Source: Chthoniobacteraceae bacterium (GTDB taxonomy: Bacteria; Verrucomicrobiota; Verrucomicrobiia; Chthoniobacterales; Chthoniobacteraceae). Taken from it: a stretch of DNA of 21,872 bases. Shown in pieces: positions 9,090 through 18,200 of the stretch; position 1 is the stretch's first letter, and each line of letters opens with the position of its first letter. A program made the position numbers and the translations under genes. A model generated the notes under the pieces. That model was given only the letters and a program-made list of their open reading frames with translations. It had not been told where the DNA came from and did not search any database. The stretch lies in NCBI GenBank assembly GCA_031409335.1, contig JANNWY010000235.1:1-21872 (forward strand), written 5' to 3'.

Positions 9090-9250
9090 TATGGAGTGCG
9101 GTGGCGCCGCAACACCGCTTTGCGGATGGGCCGGAGGCCGCGGCGGCGAGCGCGTGCCGACTCCGAGCGCGCTCCGACTTCGGGCGCGCGTCCCCCCCGC
9201 GGCGCTCCACGCCCTCCAAAAGCGGTGTCGCCACGCCACCGCACTCCATA
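9090..9250. repeat. REP-doublet (REPIN-like) inverted repeat, family 2
   Basis: 32-bp arms 9090-9121 (TATGGAGTGCGGTGGCGCCGCAACACCGCTTT) and 9219-9250 with 3 mismatches; each arm is GGAG plus a GCGGTG...CACCGC hairpin. Confidence 0.88.
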
Positions 9251-9259
9251 ACTCCTCCC

Positions 9260-9325
9260 CAAAAAAAATTTCCCAAAATAGTGAAGAACTATTCCGGGAT
9301 AATCTTTCTGTAATCGGGTGGAATG
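9260..9325 (+). promoter_or_regulatory. AT-rich candidate promoter region for the secreted-protein genes
   Basis: A8 tract followed by GTGAAGAA...TCTGTAAT; the most AT-rich patch upstream of the 9571 gene. Sigma specificity not determined. Confidence 0.3.
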
Positions 9326-9570
9326 AATGCCTCATCTCCACATCACGATCGCCCCGGCAACCCCGAGCACGGGTCCGGAAATGCGTCTAAGCAGCTCACC
9401 TCGGAAATCTGCCTTCGGCGGCCCGGCGTCGCGTCCACACCGACAAAAGAAACACGAGGAACTCCGCACACTTTTGCAACCCAGACGGCGCAATCCCGAA
9501 GAAATCAGTGGAAGCCGTTCGCAAAATCAAAGCGGTCAGCCACCAAACTTCACCAATCCAGCAAGCTATC

Positions 9571-12500
9571 ATGAAAACCTTTTCCCATCTCCGCGTCCTC
9601 CGGTTCGCCATTCTCGTCGGAATCACCATTTCCGTGGCGGCACAGGCGCAATGGAGCGTCAGCACCTATAGCGCCGGTGGCACATTGATTAGCAATCTCG
9701 CCGACGCCGATCGCGTCATCAGTGGCGAAGGTCGGGCTTACCTTTCCTCCGCGAACTACCCTAATTCCAATACTCAGGATAACGGTACCTTGGGACTCCC
9801 GTTGTTCGGTCTCGGCACACAAGTTTTCGGTTTGCCCGCGGTTGACAACGATGACTTCGTCTTTCAAGCGAGAGCCAATTTCACCGTCACCACGGCCGAC
9901 TTTTACACGTTTTCCAACTACACCAATGACGGGTCGCGGCTCCTTTTCAGCATCAACGGCGGCAATTTCGCCCCCCTTATAGTTGACGATGTCGTTTCCG
10001 GAGGTCACATAGTAAATAGTCCCGCAAACTTTTTTGTCAGCGAACCAGACCATTACCCTAGAATGGACATGGTTCGAGCGCAACGGCGGTGCATCAGGTG
10101 AGACTTGGTACACCTCGACTCACAATATGTTTGCTGCCCTTTGGGGCACTCCAAGCGGGCTGACGCTTCAGCCGCCCGGCATTACGGGGACCGTTTATAA
10201 AGCTAGAACGACCGGAAACCCGGGCACCAACTCCAGCGGCCCGGACAATCTCGCGGAAGCGGATGCTTACCGGACCTTTGGCGACTATCGAGGTTCCGCT
10301 TCGTATCCGGTAATCAATCTGGGTTCCGGGGGGCGCGTCGGCGGCGACAGTGCTTTGCCGCTGGGAACCCCCAGCGATCACTTCGTCGTTTTGGCCATGG
10401 GGCTGATTCACGTCGCTCCTGGCCAGGAGGGCAACTGGACCTTCTTTACGAACAGCGACGATGGTTCCCGGCTCCGGATCAACGGGGTGAATGTGATCCT
10501 CGATAACTTTGTCCAAGGACCACAAGATTCCGCGTATGCCTCCTTCAATTTTCCGGTCGCAGGCGATTACCCGGTCGAATATACCGGATTCGACAAGGAC
10601 GGCGGCGAATCCTTTGAAGTGTGGTACTATCCGGGCCTTCCCAATTCCACCGTAAAGGGTCAAGGAATCCCGGGCCCAAATCTGCATCTGCTCGGAGATC
10701 CCGCCGGACCTCTTGCTGTGATCCAAACGCCGCCTGCGCCTGGTTTGCCTTTCCCTGGACTGAATCTTGAATTCACCACGGTGGGCGATCCTGGCAATCC
10801 CGCCGACACTGTGGATGGCGATGGGGCCACACCCGGCGTGCAGAACTACGGTGCCGTGGCTTATCCGTTTCTCATCGCTACCACGGAGGTCACGAATCAC
10901 GATTACGCGGCCTTTCTGAATGATGTGGACCCCTCTGGTTTGAACAACCCATTCGACGTCTGGAATGACGACATGGGCGGGACCGGTCCGAATAACGTCG
11001 CAGACGGTTGGATCGCACGGGATACAGCTTCCGGTATTGCCAACGGGAAACACTACTCGATCGCGCCGGATTCGTCGGTTAGCCCTTCGGCGACGTATCC
11101 CAACCGCCCCGTTGTCCATCTCACCTTCCTCTCCGCGATGCGTTTCGCAAACTGGCTGCACAACGGTGGACCGGGGGCATTTGGCCAGTTGGGTAACAGC
11201 GCGATGAATACTGGGGCTTACACTTTGACCGGGAATGTCATCACGGACGGAAATGCCGCGCGCAATGCACCAGCCAAATACTGGATTCCCAATGGAGATG
11301 AATGGTACAAGGCGGCCTACTACGATCCGACCCGCAAACCTTCCACGAACAGCACCGGACGGACGGGCAGCAACCCGGGGAATTACTGGGTTTATCCATA
11401 CCTCGCAGATAACAACCCGTATTCGGTGTTTGGTCCGCCGTTTCAGAAAATGCTGCTTCTGTCGAACAGCAAAAATATCTATAACACTATTGATGTGAAG
11501 TCCTACACGGACGGCACCAGCCATTACGGGACGTATGACCAGGGAGGCAATGCCGCCGAATGGATTGAAAATACGATCTTCGCCCCTACCCGACGGGGTG
11601 CGCGTGGCGGCGGCTACAGTAGCCAAGGCACTGACGACACGCCGAGCATTCGGTCCATAGGTCCTGTCTATTTTCTCGATCCGGCGAACTATCTGCCCGC
11701 CTCGGGACCCGAACCGTACCCAATCGGATTTCGCGTCGCGGCGACGGCGAGCGCGCAACCGCTGGGGTGTGTGAAGCCACCCTCAAACATGGTTTTGTGG
11801 CTGCCGTTCGACGAGTCATCTGGCTCAAAGACTAAAAATGCCGTCACCGCGTCGCCCGCGTACGATGGCACGCTGATCGGCAGCCCGGCTCATATCGCCG
11901 GCTATGTCAGCAACGCCCTGCAATTCGACGGTGCCACCCGCTATGTGAGCGTGCCGGACTATCCGGCGATCAACTTTGGAACGTCAACATCGGCTGCTCC
12001 CGATTTTTCGGTGGATGCCTGGATCATGCGGGATGCGAACGTGAACGGAGTGCAATCCATCATTGACAAGCGGGAGCAAACCCCTCCCGAAGGCGGCTAC
12101 CACATGTATCTATTTGACAACCGATTGGGGTTCCGGATCGCGGGCAATAACGTGGCGGGCAACTTCAACCTCCCAGGCACCATCCCCCTTGGGGTTTGGA
12201 CGCATGTCGCAGTGACCGTGAAGCGCAACGATGTTGCAGGCGGGCGTTTCTATGTCAACGGCGCGGAACAAGCGGCCAGCCGTTTTGACACCATCCCTTA
12301 CAACGGTTCCATGACCAACACGCGGCCCTTTGTCGTCGGTTCACGGTCCTCCTCGATCTCGGGGTTCATTCGCGCGAAGATTGATGAAGTGGAGGTATTC
12401 TCCCGTGCTCTCACTCCTGGGGAGGTAAAATCCATCTACGACGCCGGCATTGCCGGGAAGTGTCTGTATTCCTGTAGCGTCTCGCCGGTGTTGACCTTTG

Positions 12501-13753
12501 GCGGCGCCTCGCCGTCCACGATCACCGCCACTGCGCAAATCTGCAACGCTTCGGGAGTCGATCAGACATTCACATATTCGTTCGGGCCAGTGCGCAGAGG
12601 CCCGGGCTGCACTCGAAATGGTCCAACGATCTTCAGCCCCCCCTCGGGCACCATAACGGTGCTGGCTGGCAAGTGCGAATCGTTTCCCGTAACGATCAAC
12701 CGTCCTTTGGATTTCAACGGATCCAGTCAACTGCCCTTCTATAAAGTGACCGCCTGCTACGAGATGGTCCTGTCCAACGCGGCGGGGACGGTGGAATTCT
12801 CCCGATGCCGTGGGACGCTGGTGGACAGCAATGCTGTGCTCAAGGGCGGAGATTTGAATGGAGGCGGACTGATTGGCCTTTCGGCCTGTGACCTCATGGC
12901 TGGGTGCGCAGTTTCTGTCCAGCTCAAGGTCACGAACACGACTGGGTCTGCGATTTCTCAAATGAAGTATGAGTTCCTTGTGCTGCGTGAAGACAACACC
13001 GCGGATGTGCAAGCGGTTTCCCTCAACAACGAAGCTCCGGGAACTTCGGTGGCCGGCACCCTCTCACTGGCGGCGGGCGCATCGACCGACATTCCAGTGA
13101 ACGCCATGTTTATGCAGAACGATCCGCTGCACACTTACACGCTATTGATGCTGGCCGACATGGGAGGAAACGGCGTGATGCATCCTTTCGGCTCTTACAG
13201 ACTCGAAAACCTGGTTCTTCCCAATCCGCAACTGCAAAGCGCAGTTTCCCGAAAGACTCACGGAGCGGCCGGCATCTTTGATATTTCACTGCCACTCACT
13301 GGCAGTCCCGGAATCGAGTGCCGCGGGAGCGGTCCCGCTGGCACTCATACCCTTATCCTGACCTTTAATAACGAGATCCTCACCGGCAGCGTCAGCGTGA
13401 CGGCTGGCACCGGATCGGTCAGCGGAGCCCCGACGTTCAATTCCGTTACCAATGAAATGACGGTCAATCTGACCGGAATCAACAATCAGCAGGCGATTAC
13501 CGTGACCTTGAGCGGAATGAAGGACATTGCGGGCCAGGCTTTGGCGAACACAAGTGTGACGATGGGATTTTTGTTGGGAGACGCGAATGGGAATGGTGTG
13601 GTGAATTCTACTGACATCGTCCTGGTAAAGGCGCAATCTGGAGCCACAACTGATGCGAACAACTTTCGGCGTGACGTCAATGCGAGCGGCGGAGTAAACA
13701 TTACCGACGTTGTCCTGACCAAGTCCCGCTCCGGGGCCAGTTTGCCACCTTAG
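9571..13753 (+). CDS. Secreted multidomain protein split by a +1 frameshift at a T6 run (10030-10035): signal peptide, 2 x PA14, FGE-sulfatase/SUMF1-like domain, LamG-like domain, Cys-rich beta domains, C-terminal beta domain + type I dockerin (1393 aa if joined)
   Basis: Signal MKTFSH...VAAQA; PA14 motifs YTFSNYTNDGSRL and WTFFTNSDDGSRL; FGE-like TEVTNHDYAAFLN, DEWYKAAYYDP, DQGGNAAEW, RGG, IGFRVA; LamG WTHVAVT, FYVNG, IDEVEVFSRALT; dockerin GDANGNGVVNSTD / DVNASGGVNITD. Removing one T fuses the track ORFs 9508-10101 and 10034-13753 within PA14 number 1. Confidence 0.85.
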
Positions 13754-13800
13754 CAGATTTTGACCGAACTATTTCCCAACCACATCGACTCCCAATACCC

Positions 13801-14487
13801 ATGAAACCAACAAATAAAACCGTCCACAAACCCATCATCAATTCACTCCGACTTTGCGCCTTGCTGGCAGTTTGCGCGACATCTGCGGTTGCGCAGGTGG
13901 GAACGGCCGTCATCAGTCTCAAAGATACCAACGGCGATCCCGGCTCGGGCACAGTCGTCCCTGGTGAAACCTTTACTCTCTGCGTCTTTCTAACCTCCGA
14001 TCAAGAAACTTTCGGTTTGACCTATTTCCTGGAAACGCTCGAACCGGGGTGCAGTGGTCGCTTTCAAATCGAGGGTCGAAACACAACGAATTCGATTTAC
14101 ACCGATGTCACAAATTCGAATTCTTCAATCTTGGCACCCACCAATGCCTTGTTGGACCCGCGGACCGGGTCGCCCTCCGGTGCGGGTGGAGATCTCGGTG
14201 CGAATTCTTTTCCGCTCTTTGCACCACCGAACATTGAGCAGCTCGTCGCGTGCTTCACGATTAAAGATTTAGGTGGGCCGGAGGCGGGATTTTGCACGAT
14301 CCAAGTCGCATTGAAAGGCGTAACAGGCCGCGATGCCAATGGCGACCCTTACGACCTCCAGACCCAGAACATCGCGACGACAAACTACCGGGTTGAAATC
14401 GTGCCGGAGCCATCCGTCCCGATGTTACTATGCTTTGCAGCGGCATTTCTTGGTGCCGCGCGTCGCAAAGGCATTGCTAAGTGCTGA
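13801..14487 (+). CDS. PEP-CTERM sorting-domain protein with a single cohesin-like beta-sandwich body
   Basis: Signal peptide ending SAVA; C-terminal VPEPS + hydrophobic helix + RRK (14401-14484). Body has a VVPGETFTLCVFL...GLTYFLE...LVACFTI...GFCTIQV strand pattern reminiscent of cohesins (fold is inference; PEP-CTERM is clear). Confidence 0.85.
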   Translation: MKPTNKTVHKPIINSLRLCALLAVCATSAVAQVGTAVISLKDTNGDPGSGTVVPGETFTLCVFLTSDQETFGLTYFLETLEPGCSGRFQIEGRNTTNSIYTDVTNSNSSILAPTNALLDPRTGSPSGAGGDLGANSFPLFAPPNIEQLVACFTIKDLGGPEAGFCTIQVALKGVTGRDANGDPYDLQTQNIATTNYRVEIVPEPSVPMLLCFAAAFLGAARRKGIAKC

Positions 14488-14583
14488 GGAAACCTTGCTT
14501 TGGTTGAGTTCTGTTCAAGCAAACTTTAACCCTCGTGCTGCGTCCGCGCGAAACGCGGGAGCCGGGTCGATTTGTGAAACTAC

Positions 14584-14975
14584 TCACTTCAAAATCACCC
14601 CATCCCGCAGCACGCGCAGCACGAGTTCCTCGAACGGCGTCGCGGTGGTGACCTGCGCGTAGCCGACTCCGCGGCGCAGGCAGTAGGCTTCGGCTCCGGC
14701 GACGAAGGCGTCGATTTCGCGTTCATATCGGCGCAGCAGCGCATCGTTGGCGGTGACATCGAAGACCTCGCCGGTTTCCGCTTCGACGGGCCGCAGATCG
14801 CCGCTTTCGCGCACGCGCAATTCGGCGGGGTCGCGAGTTTGGATGAAGTGGACTTCGGACTGGTGGTAGCGGAGGAGGGCGAGAGCTTCCTCGTCGCCGG
14901 CCGTGTCGAAAAGGTCGGTGATGAGGAAGGTGAGGCTGCGGCGTTTCATGCGCTGGGAGAAGCCATGAGCCCTGA
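14584..14975 (-). pseudogene. C-terminal fragment of a DUF58 (MoxR-associated, vWA-like) protein
   Basis: KRRSLTFLITDLFD...LALLRYHQSEVHFIQTRDPAE...GDLRPVEAETGE...YCLRRGVGYAQVTT matches the DUF58 C-terminal half; the conserved N-terminal half is absent and upstream DNA is a REP hairpin. The 5' boundary is approximate. Confidence 0.75.
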
Positions 14976-15032
14976 GTTTGAGCGACGGGTGCCGGTCGTA
15001 CTTTGGCTCGCGGTGAGGCGGCTGATGCGGAA

Positions 15033-15204
15033 TTCCGGGTAGCACGTTTGTCCCGAGCGTTGGCGAAGGCGTCCCGCCTTCGTGGATTTTCCTGCGGTGC
15101 CAGCAAACCCGGGCAAGATCATTTCCTCTGCAATTCACGCAGGAGAAAGTTCGTTTCGGCGAGGACGCCGAAACCAACGCTCGGGACGAGCGGACTACCT
15201 GGAA
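15033..15204. repeat. REP-doublet (REPIN-like) inverted repeat, family 3, two hairpins per arm
   Basis: Outer arms 15033-15063 and 15174-15204 (26/31 match, GTAG near each outer end); inner hairpins CGAAGGCG-TCC-CGCCTTCG and TTTCGGCG-AGGA-CGCCGAAA. Confidence 0.85.
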
Positions 15205-15217
15205 CCTCAGCGGCCCG

Positions 15218-18200
15218 CTAATTTCCGATCACGCGCAGGCGGATGAAGCGATGCATTCCGCCGGGGCTCGCTTCGGTGTCACGGCGCGTGATGGTTTCGC
15301 TGCCGTCGCCATTGTTGACGGGCACGCCGACTGCGACGCCTGCGCCGAAATTCCACGTACCGGGAATCGCGGCGGTGTCGGCGAAATTTTGCAGCGAGAT
15401 CGCCGCGAGATTCCGGCGGTGGCGCAGCGTGAGATAAGGGCCGGTGCCGCTGTGCATTTCGAGGGTGGTGACGATTGCGCCCATCGCGTCGGTGGCGAGG
15501 GGATTCAGGCCGAGTGCCCATTCCCAGAAGTTGGTGAGGCCGTCGGAATCCGCATCCGCGCCGGGCGTGCCGACATTCGGATCGGTGAGCTGCGTGGGCG
15601 TGAAATGCTGCGCGAGCCATGCGCCGAACGAGAGCAGCGTCGGCGTGCCGATCGAGCCGCCGATCGCGCTGGCCTGCCAGTTTTGTGGATCGTCGGCAAA
15701 GGCGAGCGCGTTGACCCGTTCGAGTGCGCGGCCATTTGCGGCGACTGCGGGCCACGGCGCGATGTTGTCGTAGGTCACCGCATCCACGTCGATGTAGGGC
15801 ACGGTGATTTGGCTGAGGTCGTTGAGATACGGCACGCCCGGTTTTCCGAGTGACACGCGCTCGCCGCCGTTGTTGAGCGCGCCGGTGAACGGGCCGTGAA
15901 TCGCCACCGCGCCGGGCACATTGTATTTCGCGGAAAAAGTGGCGGGCGCGATCGGTGCGAGCAGGATGACCTGGCGTGGTTGGAGGGTGAGTCCCGCGGG
16001 CAAATTGTAGCCGATGCCATCGACTTTCCAGGTGTTGCCGGGATTCGCCGGATCGAAAAGCGGCACGGGCTGATCGCTCACGTTGCGCAGCTCGATGTAT
16101 TCATCATTGCCTGCGAGCGGATCGATCATGAGTTCGCTGATGACGATCGGGCCGATCTTCGGACCGGCATTTGCGGAGCCGAAAGTCGGCGTCTGTTGCA
16201 GGGTGAAAAACGCGGTGTTTTGCGAATTCAGATGCCGCCCGAAGGAGACGCCGGCCTCGGATGCGCCGAACTGCACGACGTGTTGATAGCCGGTGAGCGC
16301 ACCCGTCACGTCGCCGCTGGAAAGCACGGTTTCATCACCATTCGCGCTGAACGCAAACGGGTTCGCGCCGGAGTTGAAAGTGCTCTCCGTCAGTTCAAGA
16401 AATCCGCCCGCCGCGATGATGCTGCCCGCGGGAAAGCGGTATTTCTGCGGCAGCGCCACGTCGTCGCTCAGCCACCAATCGCTCACATCCACGGCGCTGG
16501 CGTTGGGATTGAAAAGCTCGACGCGATCGACCGATGGCGCGGAGTTTGCCAGCACTTCATTGATCAAGATTGGGAGCGTCGGCGGCGCGGGATCGTCCGC
16601 GCCGGGCGAGCCGCCGGGGTTCGTGCTCGCGCGCCAGTTGCTGGCGTTGTTCGGCGCGGGGATGGCGTTCGCATTCACCGGGACAAGCGACGGGCCGCTG
16701 CCGTCGGGCGCGATCGGCCACGGCGATTCATCGAGCCACGCCACGCTGAAGACAGTGCGGTTCGCGGCGTCGGTGAGTGTGAGCGTGTCGCCGCCATTCG
16801 CGAGGCTGGAGCCCGCGCCCCACGCATCGAGCAGCGTGACGGCGGGATACTTCGCGGCGAATTGCACCGCGTTCCGCGCGATCGTTTTGAACCCGCCCGC
16901 GCCAATGCTCGCGCCAGCGGGAAATTCATACGCGATGCCGGAGGTGAATTTCATCCCGAACAGATTCACCGCCTGCGCGCCGACGTTCTTGATCTCGATG
17001 AATTCGTATTCATCGCCGTTCACCGCGCCATTGTCTGGCGGGTGGTACATCACCTCGGTGATGAGCAGCGAGGGCACGACGCCCGTGTCGAAAAGCGCCT
17101 CGACCAGCGGGCTCCACACGCCGCCCGTGCTGCGCACGCGCGCCTTCACGATGGTTGGCGCATTGATCGTCACAGCCGTCCCCGCCGTGCCCTGGATCGC
17201 GCCGCCCTCCGCGCGCGGATCGCGTCCGTCGATGGTGAAATAGACGGTCCCCGATCCATTCAGATTGGTGATCGTGAGCGCGAAACCCGGCGCGACATTT
17301 CCACCAAAAGTGCTGAACGTCGGCGCGAGCACCGCGGGCCACAGCCCCTCCGCCACGAGATGCGCCTGCACAAACGCGCCGCCCGCCACGTCATCCGTGT
17401 AGCCATTGAAGAGCACATTCCGCCGGCTCGGCGTATTCGTCGCGCCGCTGGTCGTGTAGCGCGTCGCGTCGCCCACGCCGTTCGTCCACGGCGTCACGCG
17501 GTCGTTGAAAGCGGTGCCATTGAGCAGCGGCGTGAATTCCGTCCGCAGGCTGTTTAGCCGAGCGAGGATGCGCGCTTCGGTGAGTGCGCCGTTGTTGAAA
17601 AAATGCTTCTGCAGCCGGTCCGCGTAGAGCTGCTTGAACTCAGGGCTCGCGCGCAAAAGCGTGTAGAGGATGCGGATTCCCTCGTTCAATCCCACGGTGG
17701 TGGGCGCAGTCGTGATGAACGACGCGGTCGTGCCCGCGACGAAGGTATTAGTGCGCACATTCCCGCTGAAATCGCCGAACGCACCCTCGGCATCCCACAA
17801 ATAATAACGGTGCAAGCCGCTCGCGGAGCGCTCGCGCGCGCAGACGTAGTTGTTGTGCGGCCAGTCGCCCGTCACGCCGAAGCCATTCATGATCAGGTAG
17901 TCCACGAAATTGACCATATCGAGCCGTGTCTTCATCGCCTGATGGTTTACGAGCGTGGTCTGCGGGTTGTTGCGGAGGAAGGTGATCATCTCTTGGAAAG
18001 CGAGCCCGTCGCCGCTCGCGATCGTCGTGACCTGGCGCACATCCCACGCGAGATCGCTGCCGTGATGGCGCTGCATGAAGTCTTCGCGCAGGTGCTCGCA
18101 AAGGTTGTAGTAGCCTTTGTAAACGCCGTTCACGTAGAGCGTATTGATGATGCCGACGCTGCCGATCTGGCCGAGATCGACATAGAGGCGCCGCATCAGC

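Larger units (their letters stand above)
4614..15217. mobile_element. Putative acquired island (~10.6 kb) without a recognisable integrase
   Basis: Bracketed by the 69-bp diverged direct repeat; visibly more A/T at third codon positions (especially 9571-14487) than the flanking genes; accessory gene content and a gene remnant at its right end. Confidence 0.6.

Noticed and set aside
11560..11745. Diversity-generating retroelement target (FGE/C-type-lectin fold is a common DGR variable protein)
   Set aside because: No reverse transcriptase and no template repeat differing at adenines was seen in the window, and the domain is internal. The 69-bp repeat pair at 4545/15218 differs at non-adenine, mostly synonymous positions.
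14541..14560. Intrinsic terminator after the PEP-CTERM gene (CCGCG-CGAAA-CGCGG)
   Set aside because: Short stem with no adjacent U-tract on either strand.
14976..15177. N-terminal part of the 197-aa ORF 14584-15177
   Set aside because: Mostly translated REP hairpin, not DUF58 sequence.
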